From contig OY761614.1 of the NCBI GenBank assembly GCA_963664825.1, forward strand, positions 992,001 to 1,056,000: 64,000 bases of DNA. Direction: 5' to 3'. Positions 1-10,300 of this stretch are shown here, piece after piece. Position 1 is the stretch's first letter; each line of letters starts with the position of its first letter. A program made the position numbers and the translations under genes. The stretch is from an uncultured Holophaga sp. (GTDB lineage: Bacteria > Acidobacteriota > Holophagae > Holophagales > Holophagaceae). The notes under the pieces were generated by a model. The model saw only the letters and a program-made list of their open reading frames with translations. It made no database searches and was not told where the DNA came from.

Positions 1-312
1 GGGGAGAATATCGCCGATGTGGCGGGCCTGGCCGTCTCCCTGGACGCCTTCCATCTCTCGCTGAAACACGGCAAAGCCCCCAGGCTCCAGGGATTCACCG
101 GCGATCAGCAGTTCTTCCTGAGCTACGCCCAGAGCTGGCGCCAGAAGAGCCGCGAGGCCATGCTTCGCCAGCAGCTCATCACCGACGGCCACACCCCCGC
201 CCAATACCGCACCTACACGGTCCGGAACCTGGACGCCTGGTACGAGGCCTTCAACGTGAAACCGGGCCAGAAGTTCTTCCTGGAGCCCAAGGAGCGGGTG
301 AGGATCTGGTAG
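1..312 (+). CDS. M13 (neprilysin/PepO-like) metallopeptidase, C-terminal end (5'-partial)
   Basis: Frame 1 reads GENIADVAGL (M13 ENxAD zinc-ligand motif), then QQFFLSYAQSW, DGHTP, and the typical ERVRIW terminus. Confidence 0.9.
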   Translation, partial: GENIADVAGLAVSLDAFHLSLKHGKAPRLQGFTGDQQFFLSYAQSWRQKSREAMLRQQLITDGHTPAQYRTYTVRNLDAWYEAFNVKPGQKFFLEPKERVRIW

Positions 313-1672
313 GGGCTCGTCGGATCAGATCCAGGAGCCTCGAGAGGGAAGCCTCCGTCTCCCTCTGGAGGCCCCGCAGTTTCTCCAGAGCCTCCTGGCG
401 GGCCATGGGGCCCTGCCGGAGCTGAATGGCGGTTTCTTCCAGGGCGGCCCGGAAGGCCGACCAATCCTTTCCCAATCGGGCAAAGGCCTCCCGCTCCCTG
501 TCCTCCATAGGCAGGGACGCGAAGTCCTGGAGATCTTGATCCACAACTCGGAGCTGGTGATCCAGGCCCGCCAGGAACTCCCAGGGCGGGATTTCCCCCC
601 GGAGCACCCACCTCATCGAGTCGCCCGTCGCCCTGAGGGTCACCCCCCCGTGGACGAGCCGCGCCAGGCGCAGGCGCCCCACATCCAGGGCGACCCGGGG
701 GCCCCGTTCCCGGGCGTGAATCCAGTGGGATTGTAAAAGAGCATCCGTCAGCCCCAGGACGAGGCAGAGAGAGACCAGGAGGGCCCAGGGCCTGATACGG
801 GCCCGGCCTCCGCTGGGGCTCAGCCTCAAGGCCACGCCCCCCAGGGCCAGCAGCACCGCACCCAGGATCATCCGCCCCCCCGCCGCGGCGGCCGCCAGGG
901 CGCCCACGGGGCCGGGCCGAGTGAGATCCAGCGAAAGGCAGAGCAGGAGCCCCGAGAAGAGCCCCGCCAGCCCCAGGCCTGCTAGGGCCAAAGCGGAAAT
1001 CCTTTCAATGCCCCGGGGAGCCTCCCCCACATCGGCCGCCGCCAAGCACTTCGTCGCCAGGCAAGCCCCCAGCAGGGTCAGGAGCACAGCCCCCAGGATA
1101 TCAAAGGGAGGGTGATGGCCCCCCAGGAAGAGGGCGCAGCTCACCAGGGCCGCGCCGAGCCCCCCCACCGGCGCAAGCCAGGGGCGCCACCGAGGGGGAG
1201 CCAGCAGCAGGAGGGATAGGGCCAAAGAGACGGCCATCGTCGTATGCCCGCTGGGAAAGCCCACGGGCAGGCGGACCGGGAAACCCAGGTAGGGAAGGCC
1301 GCTCTTGATCATCTGCGTGCAGAGATTGGCTCCCCCGAAGAAGAGCACCGTGATGCCGAGGCTCCGAGGGAAGGCCCGGGTGCGCACCCATTGGAGCAGG
1401 AGGGCCAGCAGGAGCAGGATCCCCCAAAGGATTGCCAGCGCCTGGGAGCCGGAGATGATCCTCCCCAATAGCCCCTCCGGGCCTGCCTCCAGGAGCATTC
1501 CAGCCCCTCCCTGGGCCAGCCGATCGAAAGCCCAGAGCCGCCCGGGACCCAGGGCCCCCCGGGCCAGGAGCAGGAAGCAGCCAAGGGCCGAGAGACTCAG
1601 GAGCATCCCAGGAACTCCCAGGACGCGCCGAGGAGAGGCCGTGGCCCGCAGGGTCAGCCCCGCCTCGCTCAT
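251..1672 (-). CDS. PAP2-family membrane phosphatase with a C-terminal helical (4HB sensor-like) domain
   Basis: Multiple TM segments; GFPSGHTT and GHHPPFD PAP2-like motifs; overlaps the upstream nucleotidase stop by 4 bp. Confidence 0.65.
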   Translation of the reverse strand: MSEAGLTLRATASPRRVLGVPGMLLSLSALGCFLLLARGALGPGRLWAFDRLAQGGAGMLLEAGPEGLLGRIISGSQALAILWGILLLLALLLQWVRTRAFPRSLGITVLFFGGANLCTQMIKSGLPYLGFPVRLPVGFPSGHTTMAVSLALSLLLLAPPRWRPWLAPVGGLGAALVSCALFLGGHHPPFDILGAVLLTLLGACLATKCLAAADVGEAPRGIERISALALAGLGLAGLFSGLLLCLSLDLTRPGPVGALAAAAAGGRMILGAVLLALGGVALRLSPSGGRARIRPWALLVSLCLVLGLTDALLQSHWIHARERGPRVALDVGRLRLARLVHGGVTLRATGDSMRWVLRGEIPPWEFLAGLDHQLRVVDQDLQDFASLPMEDREREAFARLGKDWSAFRAALEETAIQLRQGPMARQEALEKLRGLQRETEASLSRLLDLIRRAPTRSSPAPWAPGRTSGPVSR

Positions 1673-3171
1673 GCCTCGAAGGGTTCTTCGGCGGAGAGGG
1701 CTGGGGAGAGAGGCGGCCCCCCCGGGCTGCTGGGATCATGGGGCAGGCTGCCCCGGGGGGAGCGGAGATAGACATAGGGTGTCGCATGGAGGAAGTTGGA
1801 GACCCGCGACGTGTAGACATCGGCGTAGCGCTCCACCTGGCGGGCCAGATGGCTCTTGTCGTTGCCCGCCCGGGTGAGGAGGCCCCAGCGCCCATTGGTC
1901 AGCTCGGTAGAGGCCTTGGCCAGGGGGGCGATGGTGGCGTCCAGCACCAGCAGGCGGCTTCGCAATTCCTGGATCGAGGCCTCCAGTTCCCCGGCACTGC
2001 ATTCAGGCACGGGCCCGTACCCGCTGCGCAGACGCTGAAGGGCGATGCGCGCCTGGGAAAGCTGGGATTCCAGGCCCTCTTTTTCCTCCATCTTGGCCGC
2101 GAGGATCACTTCGGTCTGCCGGAAGGATTCCAGAGCCGCCACCTCGGCCTCCAGCTCCCGCAGCACCAGCGCCGTACGCCAGTGCAGGAGGCGCTTGCTC
2201 ACATGCACATCGCCGAACATGTGATCGCCCACGTAGAGGATCTGATCACCGGCGATCCCCAGATCCAGTTCCACCTGGGCGGCGCATCCCCCCACGTAGG
2301 CGGCCCCGTGCTTCAGGGGGCCCACCAGGGGACGGAGTAGTCCCTCATTGGTGACGATCTCGTAGAAGGGCGCGTGCGCCGTGAAGAAGTCCGGCTTGCG
2401 GGCGCTGACGATGACCAGATCAAAGAGTTGGCGCCAGGTCATGCCCCCGGGCAGGAAGGGGTCGAAGGCGTAGGCCATCATCCGCCGGGTGAAGCTCCAT
2501 TCGGAATTGGTGATGAGCACCAGCTTCTTGCCCGCGGCCCGCTGATCCAGCAGCGTCAGGGCCGCCTCCGGGTCCAGCACCACGTAGCGTTCGGGCTCGG
2601 CGGCCATCTCGGCCTTGAGCTTGCCCTCCAGATGCTGGGCGTCCACCTTGGCCCGCACCCGGCGGTAGAGTTCCTCGTAGCCCCTCACCTTGGGAAGCTT
2701 GCCCTGGTCCAGCAGCTCCACCATCTGGGCGTAGAGACATCCCTCCGAGAGCGAGAAGAGCGTATTGAGGAAGACCCAGCGGCTCTCGGCCAGATCCACC
2801 AGGGCATGGGTGTAGGCCTCCCGCTGGGTGGCGAAATCCAGGGCCTGGGTGCCGTGCATGGCCCGCTTGATGAAGCCGAAGCGGTTGGCCTTCACCAGAT
2901 TGCCCAGTTCCGTATCGATCACGAGGCCCCGGGCCACCATCTCCGGGTCGAAGACCAGATCCTGGACCGGCCAGCCTTCTCTCAGGCAACTCTCCAGGGC
3001 CATATCGAAGACCCGCCGCTCCAGCACCTCCACCTGGTAGTCCACCAGCGTATAGTCCATGTCGTAGCCGACAGCCTTGAGCGCCCGGAAATTCAGGGTC
3101 CGGTTGCAGAAGACGCCCCGGCCCCGGGGAAGAGTGCGGGATGAATCGGGGTTATGGGCATCGGGGGTCAT
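1669..3171 (-). CDS. HAD-IG family 5'-nucleotidase (cN-II-like)
   Basis: GYDMDYTL, LITNS, SARKP, YVGDHMFGD motifs; start placed at ATG 3171 (upstream ORF extension is the antisense shadow of surE). Confidence 0.9.
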   Translation of the reverse strand: MTPDAHNPDSSRTLPRGRGVFCNRTLNFRALKAVGYDMDYTLVDYQVEVLERRVFDMALESCLREGWPVQDLVFDPEMVARGLVIDTELGNLVKANRFGFIKRAMHGTQALDFATQREAYTHALVDLAESRWVFLNTLFSLSEGCLYAQMVELLDQGKLPKVRGYEELYRRVRAKVDAQHLEGKLKAEMAAEPERYVVLDPEAALTLLDQRAAGKKLVLITNSEWSFTRRMMAYAFDPFLPGGMTWRQLFDLVIVSARKPDFFTAHAPFYEIVTNEGLLRPLVGPLKHGAAYVGGCAAQVELDLGIAGDQILYVGDHMFGDVHVSKRLLHWRTALVLRELEAEVAALESFRQTEVILAAKMEEKEGLESQLSQARIALQRLRSGYGPVPECSAGELEASIQELRSRLLVLDATIAPLAKASTELTNGRWGLLTRAGNDKSHLARQVERYADVYTSRVSNFLHATPYVYLRSPRGSLPHDPSSPGGPPLSPALSAEEPFEA

Positions 3172-3279
3172 GGCTCTCAGGATACAAGGGACGAAGGCGG
3201 CTGCGGCCCCTAAGCCCTGGGACAAATCCTGCCCTGGACGAAGGAGCCCCTCCCACCTCAGTCTGGACGTGGAGAAATC

Positions 3280-4098
3280 GTGAAAGCCATGTCCGCACGC
3301 CACCTGATCCTCCTCACCAACGATGACGGTATCGCCTCTCCCGGCCTGAAGGCCGCGGTCCGGGCCGTGCTGGACCTGGGAGAGCTCCTGATCGTGGCGC
3401 CCTCCACCCAGCAGACGGCCATGGGCCGGAGTTTCCGGTGCCGCAAGGAGGGCCGATTGGAGCCCATCGCCTATGAGGTGGATGGCCATAGCCTGCGCGC
3501 CTTCCACGCCGAGGGCACACCGGCCGCCGTGGTGCGCCACGCCCTCCAGGTCCTCTGCGGGGAACGCCATCCAGACCTGCTCATCTCCGGCATCAACTAT
3601 GGCGAGAATGTCGGCACCAGCATCTCCGCCTCCGGCACCGTGGGCGCCGCCATCGAGGCCGCCAGCATGGGCATCCCCGCCCTGGCCGCAGCCCGCCAGG
3701 TCCATCCCGACGATTTCATGGAGCACGGCCAGCAGGATTGGCGGGCCTCGGAGCACTTCCTGAGGCTCTTTGCCCTGAAGCTCCTGGCCAATCCCATGCC
3801 CTTCGACGTCGATATGCTGAAGATCGATGTGCCCGATGGGGCCACGATGGATACGCCCTGGCGCCTGAGCCGCCTGTCCCGCCAGCGCTACTTCGAGTTA
3901 GCGCTGGAGGCTCCCAGCCCGGAGAGCCCCATGGGCGACGGCCGGATCGCGGTGAGGATCGATCACGCCACCCTGGAACCCGATTCGGATATCCATGCCC
4001 TGGCCGTGGACCACGTGGTGGCCGTCACCCCCCTCAGCCTGGACGCCACCTCCCGCACGGATTTCGGGATGCTCCGCCGGATCCTGGGCCAGGGCTGA
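3280..4098 (+). CDS. surE: 5'/3'-nucleotidase SurE
   Basis: LLTNDDGIASPG, GTPA, SGINYGENVG, SGTVGAAIEA motifs. Confidence 0.93.
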   Translation: MKAMSARHLILLTNDDGIASPGLKAAVRAVLDLGELLIVAPSTQQTAMGRSFRCRKEGRLEPIAYEVDGHSLRAFHAEGTPAAVVRHALQVLCGERHPDLLISGINYGENVGTSISASGTVGAAIEAASMGIPALAAARQVHPDDFMEHGQQDWRASEHFLRLFALKLLANPMPFDVDMLKIDVPDGATMDTPWRLSRLSRQRYFELALEAPSPESPMGDGRIAVRIDHATLEPDSDIHALAVDHVVAVTPLSLDATSRTDFGMLRRILGQG

Positions 4099-4174
4099 AC
4101 CCGATCGTGGCCGATCATCCCGCCAAAACCTGACCCGGATTCAAACCCGCCCCTCCTCCTGCCGAAGGGGTTCC

Positions 4175-5641
4175 ATGGCCACCCTTCAGATCCGAAGTTC
4201 CTGGGGCAACCGTCAGACCGCGCTCCTCACCCTGGTCTGCCTGCTGTTCGCGGGAGCGGCTGTGTTTTTCGTCATGGACTACGGCAGTCTCAGGGACTTC
4301 GAGCCCAACGGGATCTCCACGGCCAGCCGGGCCTTCAACCAGTTCATGGCCGTGGCCACCACCAGCATCGCGCTCATCATCCCCCTCACCGCCAATCTCT
4401 ATACGCCCAAACTGGTGAAGCTCTACGTGACCCATCCCCTCATCGTCGGGGGGATGGTGGTCTTCATCGCGGGCCACGCACTGACCATGTCCCTGCACTT
4501 CTTCCCCAGGGAACACCTCGTCAGCCAGATCATCGTTGTCCTGATCGCAATCATCTATGTGATCGTGCTGGCGGGGGCCCTGCCCTATCTCTACGGCATC
4601 AGCCAATTCCTGCGGCCCAGTTTCTTCATGCCCATGCTCACCCGCAAGGGCGCCCGCAGCCTGGAGGAGCTCAAGGAGGGCAAGCGGCCCCGCCAGAACG
4701 GCCATGATCTCTTCGAGACCATCGACGTGGTCACCAATATCGCCCTCACGGGCATGGCCCGGGGCGATCGCCAGATTGTGCTGCTGGCCCTCCAGTCCCT
4801 GAACGCCCTCTTGACGGAGATCATCGGCAGTTCCAGCCCCGCCTGGCGTGCGGCACAGCCCTTCTTCGTGCCCGGCCTGGCCATGGAGGGGCAGGAATTC
4901 CTCATCCGCGAGCGCATCTGGCCCGAGGCTTACGTGCTGGCCCAGACCCTCAAGGTGATGGAGGGGGCCACCAAGCGCCAGCACGAGGTCATGGCTGAAC
5001 TGGCTGGCCAGATGGTGGAGACGGCCCATCTCGCCTCCGTCCTCCAACGGGATGCCGTGGTCGAACTCCACATCATGGCCTTCAATTCCCTGCTGCGGGA
5101 GGCCATCGAGGAGAAGGATCTGCGCCGTTTTCAGAATCTCTCCTACCACTACCGCCTCCTCATCGAGGGCTTCCACGACACCCCCGCCCGCATGCACGAG
5201 GCCACCCAGCACCTACTCCACTACGGCAGGCTCGCGGTCCGCCAGGGGCTCCATTTCGGGCTGGAGACCGTGATCTACGATATGGGGGAACTGGTGCTGA
5301 GCCTGGGCCGCCACGACGAGGAGCGGGCGGTGGAACTGGTCCAGGCCTGGGCGGGCCCCCTGTGGCAGGACGCCATCGACCAGGGCAGCCTGATGAAGAA
5401 GGTGGGCTGGCGCACCCTGATCCGGGTCCACTGGGAGGCCAAGGCCCTGGACCTGGAGGAACTGGCCAGCTCCGTCTACTGGCGCTATCTCTCGGACGAG
5501 ACCATCCACCGGGACCAGCTGGAACTGATCCTGGGCGAAAATAACGAGCTCCACTACGAATTCAACGACCGCCTCATGCGCTTCGCCCATCTTTCCCCCG
5601 GGGCCGAGGCCAGGGCACGGGAATTCCTGGAGAGCTGGTGA
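4175..5641 (+). CDS. Membrane protein, DUF2254-like (N-terminal TM helices plus helical cytoplasmic domain)
   Basis: About 4 TM segments with PLTANLYTPKL motif; ATG at 4175. Confidence 0.55.
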   Translation: MATLQIRSSWGNRQTALLTLVCLLFAGAAVFFVMDYGSLRDFEPNGISTASRAFNQFMAVATTSIALIIPLTANLYTPKLVKLYVTHPLIVGGMVVFIAGHALTMSLHFFPREHLVSQIIVVLIAIIYVIVLAGALPYLYGISQFLRPSFFMPMLTRKGARSLEELKEGKRPRQNGHDLFETIDVVTNIALTGMARGDRQIVLLALQSLNALLTEIIGSSSPAWRAAQPFFVPGLAMEGQEFLIRERIWPEAYVLAQTLKVMEGATKRQHEVMAELAGQMVETAHLASVLQRDAVVELHIMAFNSLLREAIEEKDLRRFQNLSYHYRLLIEGFHDTPARMHEATQHLLHYGRLAVRQGLHFGLETVIYDMGELVLSLGRHDEERAVELVQAWAGPLWQDAIDQGSLMKKVGWRTLIRVHWEAKALDLEELASSVYWRYLSDETIHRDQLELILGENNELHYEFNDRLMRFAHLSPGAEARAREFLESW

Positions 5642-5696
5642 GGGCTCCCCGTGGGATCCTGGAACCTGGACCGACTCCGCTCTGTCGAGGTGAATC

Positions 5697-7784
5697 ATGT
5701 CGTTGAATTGGATCCTGGCCCCGGCCCTCATCCTCACGCTTCCCGTTGCGGCGGCAGAGAAGCGGGCCTTCACCATTGAGGATCTCTACAAGCTGAAGGG
5801 AGTCTCCGGCCTCAGCCTCTCGCCGGACGGTTCCAGGCTGCTCTTCCAGGTCTCCACCCAGGATCTCCGGAAGGCCAAACGCAATACCCAGGTGTGGATG
5901 CTGGATCTGGCCACGGGGGCCTCGCGCCAGATGACCTTCAACGACAAATCCAGCACTTCCCCCCAGTGGTCCAAGGACGGGAAGACCATCCACTTCCTAT
6001 CAGCCCGGGAGGGGGGCAACCAGCTCTGGTCCCTGGATTTGGCGGGCGGAGAGGCGAAGCGCCTCACCACCTTCGAACCCGGCATCGGCACACCCCGGTT
6101 GCTGCCCGGAAACCAGGTGGTCTTCGATGCCCAGGTCTTCTGCGAAAGCATGGCCGATGGCGCGCGCCACAAGGAGCTGGTGGAGAAGCTGGAGAAGGGC
6201 CCGGTGCAGGCCCATCTCGCCGATAGCCTGCTCTACCGCCACTGGACCGAATACCGCGATTTCCAATACACCCATCTCTTCCGGGCCTCCTTCGGGGACG
6301 TCAAGGTGGAGGCCCTCACCTCTGGGCCCCAGGACTATCCGGCCGATGCCACCAGCGGCAGCCCCCAGACCTTCGATGTCAGCCCCGATGGCCGGGAGCT
6401 CTGCGTGGTCACCAACACGGATCCCATGCCCGCCCGCTCCACCAATAAGGATCTCTTCCTGATCAGCCTGGACGGCGACCGAACGCCCCAGCGCATCACG
6501 GGCAACAACCCGGCCTTCGACGGCGATCCTAAATACTCCCCGGACGGCCACGCCATCGCCTACCGGATGCAAAAGAGCCCCGGACAGGAATCCGATCGCT
6601 TCCGCCTGGCGGTGTACGACCGCACGGCCAAAACGAGCCGCGTGCTCACCGAATCCATCGATAACTGGGTGACCTCCTTCCAGTGGTCTTCGGACGGGAA
6701 ATACCTCTGGTTCACGCTGGACGAGAAGGGACGCCATCCCCTGCTTCGCGTCGACATTGCCACCGGCCGCATCCAGCGCATGCTGGAGGGCCATAGCATC
6801 GGCGAATTCGCGGTGGCTCCCGACCAGAAGTCCGTGGTCTTCACCCAGAGTCGCGTGGGCGAGCCTCTGGAAATCTGGCGCTACGGCTTCGGAAACAAGG
6901 AACTGAAGCGCCTCACGGCCTTCAACCAGGCCCTGGCCGACGAAATCGATATCCGCCCTGCGGAGGAGATGTGGGTGAAGGGCGCAGGTGGCGCCGATGT
7001 GCAGGTCTTCATCGTGAAGCCCCACGGCTTCGATCCGGCGAAAAAATACCCGCTCATCCTCAATGTCCACGGCGGTCCCCAGATGATGTGGTCGGATACC
7101 CTGCGAGGCGATTGGCAGGTCTACCCCGGCGCCGGATACGTGGTGGCCTTCCCCAATCCCCACGGTTCCACGGGCTACGGCCAGGCCTTCACCGACGCCA
7201 TCAGCGGCGACTGGGACGGTAAGGTCATGACCGATCTCGAGAAGGTGACCGACGCCCTGGCCGCCCTGCCCTTCGTGGACAAGGACCGCATGGGCGCTAT
7301 GGGCTGGAGCTGGGGCGGCTACGCCATGATGTGGTTGGAGGGCCACAGCACCCGCTACAAGGCCCTGGCCGCCATGATGGGCGTCTACGATCTGCCCAGC
7401 ATGCACGGCGCCACAGAAGAGCTGTGGTTCCCCGAATGGGATGTGAAGGGCACGCCCTGGGATAACCCCATCGGATACGCCCGGGCCAACCCCAGCGCCT
7501 CCGTGAAGAGTTTCAAGACCCCCTGCCTCGTCATCACCGGTGAAAAGGACTACCGCGTGCCCTACACCCAGAGCCTCCAGTTCTTCACCGGCCTCCAGAT
7601 CATGAACGTGCCCAGCCGCCTCATCGTCTTCAAGAACGATGGCCACTGGCCGGATGGTTTGAAGTCCATGCCCATCTACTACAACAGCCACCTGGAATGG
7701 TTCCAGAAATACCTGGGCGGAGGAGCTGCGCCCTGGAAGACCGAAGACATGGTGAGGAATGTGGCCTTCGAGGAGAAGAAGTAG
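5697..7784 (+). CDS. S9 family (prolyl oligopeptidase/acylaminoacyl) peptidase, exported
   Basis: Signal peptide; PD40-like propeller repeats (SPDG); HGGP, GWSWGG nucleophile, GEKDYRV, DGHW. Confidence 0.93.
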   Translation: MSLNWILAPALILTLPVAAAEKRAFTIEDLYKLKGVSGLSLSPDGSRLLFQVSTQDLRKAKRNTQVWMLDLATGASRQMTFNDKSSTSPQWSKDGKTIHFLSAREGGNQLWSLDLAGGEAKRLTTFEPGIGTPRLLPGNQVVFDAQVFCESMADGARHKELVEKLEKGPVQAHLADSLLYRHWTEYRDFQYTHLFRASFGDVKVEALTSGPQDYPADATSGSPQTFDVSPDGRELCVVTNTDPMPARSTNKDLFLISLDGDRTPQRITGNNPAFDGDPKYSPDGHAIAYRMQKSPGQESDRFRLAVYDRTAKTSRVLTESIDNWVTSFQWSSDGKYLWFTLDEKGRHPLLRVDIATGRIQRMLEGHSIGEFAVAPDQKSVVFTQSRVGEPLEIWRYGFGNKELKRLTAFNQALADEIDIRPAEEMWVKGAGGADVQVFIVKPHGFDPAKKYPLILNVHGGPQMMWSDTLRGDWQVYPGAGYVVAFPNPHGSTGYGQAFTDAISGDWDGKVMTDLEKVTDALAALPFVDKDRMGAMGWSWGGYAMMWLEGHSTRYKALAAMMGVYDLPSMHGATEELWFPEWDVKGTPWDNPIGYARANPSASVKSFKTPCLVITGEKDYRVPYTQSLQFFTGLQIMNVPSRLIVFKNDGHWPDGLKSMPIYYNSHLEWFQKYLGGGAAPWKTEDMVRNVAFEEKK

Positions 7785-7805
7785 CTTTCAAAATCTCTCT
7801 GTTTC

Positions 7806-7835
7806 TATAAATCCGGGCTCGCGCCCGGATTTATA
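7806..7835. terminator. Hairpin between convergent genes, probable bidirectional terminator
   Basis: TATAAATCCGGGC-TCGC-GCCCGGATTTATA, perfect 13-bp stem. Confidence 0.7.
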
Positions 7836-7850
7836 TTGCAAAAAACGCGA

Positions 7851-9452
7851 TTACCCCAGCGCCTGCACGAGCACTTCCCTGCGCCCTTCCAGATACCGCG
7901 CTGCGGCGGGAAGGATCACCCGCCTGTAGACCAAGTACAGGAGGCCCAGCAGCAGGGCCATGACAGGGAGCAGCAGCAGGGGCGCCAGCCAGGCCGTGAG
8001 GAGGTAGATGCCGCCGAATACGGCGGTCCCAGCCAGTGTGCACGCCATGCCCAGCCAGATCACGGGTTGGGCCATGTTGTTGTTCTTGAGGCTATCCCTG
8101 GGCATGGGCCGGGGCAGCCAGGCGCTGGTCCAATGGCCCAGGCTTACTTGCAGGATGAACAAGCAACCCATGAGGCATACGCCCGCCACGGCCTGGAGGG
8201 GGCCCAGGTTTCCGGCGATGCCCAGCAGGATCAGCATCAGCAGGACCTGGAGTCCCAGGAAGGCCAGGAGTCCCAGGGCCTTGCCCACCAGCAGATCCCT
8301 GGACCGCAGCGGCAGGAGCAGCAGGGCCTTCACGCCGGAGCCGTCCAGGCCGAACTGGTTGAGTTGCACCTGCATGCCCGCCATGGAGAGGTAGGCGAAG
8401 GCCATGGGCAGGCTCCAGACCCCGGCCCCCCAGGCGCGGGCTAGGGGCCCCTTGATCAGCACCAGCACCATCAGGGGAATGAGGAGCTGGAACCTGCCCA
8501 GATGGCTGGAGATGACGGCCCGCCACTGGAGCCGAGCGATGCCGTACATGGGCTCGGAAAAGCTCCAGAGTTTTTCTGAGGAGTCCTTGGCCACTGACTC
8601 GAACGCCTGGGGCTCAGAATCTCGCCTCAGGGTGCTCGCCGCGGCCAGTAGCAAGAGCACCAGCATCGCGATGGGATAAACCTGCCGCCCCAACGCCTGT
8701 CCCCAATGGCCCGCCAGTCCCTCTCCCATGCCTCGAATGGACTGGGTGGTGGGCAGCGCATCGACGACCATCAGCAAATTCCCAATTCGTTGCTGCATCT
8801 GTACTGATTCGGCAGCAGGAACTTTGCTTTTTTTGGCCGACCGGGCGGTCATGGCAGGCAGGAGGGTCGTGGAGATCCAGAGGAGGAAGGCGAGCACCCC
8901 AAAGGCCAGTCGGAGGTGCTTGGCGATGCGAGCGGTGAGGCTTCCGACCAGATACTGGACGCACAGAAGGGCCACCATCGTGCCCAGCCAAGGCAAGGGC
9001 AGGAAGACCAGCAGCAGGGGCTTGGCCACGCCAACGCCCAGAAGCAGACATCCGGCGACCAGGCCGATGCAGAGAGGCAGGATATCTCCCAGCCCCGCGA
9101 TCAGCTCCGCCAGGAATAGACTCCGAACACGAAGGGGGAAGAGACGGGTGCTCTCCCACCCCAAGGTGCGGGTGCCCCCGAAGAGTCCGCCGGTGATGCC
9201 TCCCAGCAGGGCCAGGCAGGCCAGGATGGCGCCCAGGCCCCGGACAAAGGCGGGATCCGGCAAGCCGCGGCCCAGGAAGTAGCCGCCCACCAGAATGCCG
9301 AACACCGCAGGCAGCGCCGCGAAGAGCCCAAACAGCGTCACGACGATGACAAAGGCCGTACGGCCGGATTTGCCAAGTTCCTTGCGGGAACGGTTCCAGC
9401 CCGCCTGGAGATGGGCGCTGAGGAGCGTGCGGACGGGGCCCACTACAGCCAT
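7851..9452 (-). CDS. Putative ABC exporter permease
   Basis: About 12 TM segments in two halves, NQFGLDG motif; overlaps the ATPase gene. Confidence 0.75.
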   Translation of the reverse strand: MAVVGPVRTLLSAHLQAGWNRSRKELGKSGRTAFVIVVTLFGLFAALPAVFGILVGGYFLGRGLPDPAFVRGLGAILACLALLGGITGGLFGGTRTLGWESTRLFPLRVRSLFLAELIAGLGDILPLCIGLVAGCLLLGVGVAKPLLLVFLPLPWLGTMVALLCVQYLVGSLTARIAKHLRLAFGVLAFLLWISTTLLPAMTARSAKKSKVPAAESVQMQQRIGNLLMVVDALPTTQSIRGMGEGLAGHWGQALGRQVYPIAMLVLLLLAAASTLRRDSEPQAFESVAKDSSEKLWSFSEPMYGIARLQWRAVISSHLGRFQLLIPLMVLVLIKGPLARAWGAGVWSLPMAFAYLSMAGMQVQLNQFGLDGSGVKALLLLPLRSRDLLVGKALGLLAFLGLQVLLMLILLGIAGNLGPLQAVAGVCLMGCLFILQVSLGHWTSAWLPRPMPRDSLKNNNMAQPVIWLGMACTLAGTAVFGGIYLLTAWLAPLLLLPVMALLLGLLYLVYRRVILPAAARYLEGRREVLVQALG

Positions 9453-10195
9453 GAAAGCTCACCCGTCTTCACACCACCCACAAGATCCACGAAGAGGCTC
9501 TCCAGGTTCTCGGCCCCTTCGGCGGCGCGCAGTTCCGTGAGGGGACCAAAGCCTAGAAGGCGTCCCTCATCGAGAATGGCGATCAAGGGGCAGAGCTTCT
9601 CCACCACCTCCATGATGTGGCTCGTGAGGATGATGGTGACCCCGCGGCCCTGGAGGGAATGCAGGATGTCCTTGATGGTGCGGCTGGTGACGGCATCGAT
9701 GCCCTCGAAGGGTTCGTCCAGGAAGACCACGCGAGGCGCGTGGATGAGGGCCGCGCAGAGGGCCAGCTTCTTCTTCATCCCGTAGCTGTACTCGGCAACG
9801 AGGCCTTTGGGCGCAGGGGCAAGGTCCAGCTTGGCGAAGAGCTCCTGACGCCGGGCGTCAATAACGGCGTCCTCCAGCCCATACATGCGGCCCACGAAGC
9901 GCAGATACTGAGGGCCTGTGAGGTATTCCAGCAGCGCCATGTCCTCGGGCATGACTCCGATCTGACGCTTGATGGCGAGTTCGTCCGTGGCAAGATCCAG
10001 CCCCAGCACACGAATGCGACCGCGGGTGGGCTTCAGAAGGCCCGTCACCATCTTCAGGGTCGTGCTCTTACCCGCACCATTGCGCCCCAGCAGTCCCAAC
10101 AGGCTTCCGGGCTCTATGCGTAGCGTCAGATCGTCCACGGCGACTTTCTCGCCGAAGGTCTTGGTCAGGTTTTCGAATTCCAGGGCGTATTCCAT
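9443..10195 (-). CDS. ABC transporter ATP-binding protein
   Basis: Walker A GRNGAGKST, signature YSYGMKKK, Walker B VFLDEP, H-loop TSH. Confidence 0.95.
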   Translation of the reverse strand: MEYALEFENLTKTFGEKVAVDDLTLRIEPGSLLGLLGRNGAGKSTTLKMVTGLLKPTRGRIRVLGLDLATDELAIKRQIGVMPEDMALLEYLTGPQYLRFVGRMYGLEDAVIDARRQELFAKLDLAPAPKGLVAEYSYGMKKKLALCAALIHAPRVVFLDEPFEGIDAVTSRTIKDILHSLQGRGVTIILTSHIMEVVEKLCPLIAILDEGRLLGFGPLTELRAAEGAENLESLFVDLVGGVKTGELSWL

Positions 10196-10300
10196 GCTCT
10201 CGACGCTACCGGGGGACGCTTATGAGGTCCAGCACAACGCCAAGCGGCTCCCCGGGGAGGCCGAACCACACCCAGTCGCCGCCCATGGGCTCCAGGATCC

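Noticed and set aside
3172..3756. N-terminal extensions in the ORF track (nucleotidase; likewise 26972-27760, 47941-48114, 59228-59332)
   Set aside because: They overlap genuine genes or leaders; better starts exist downstream
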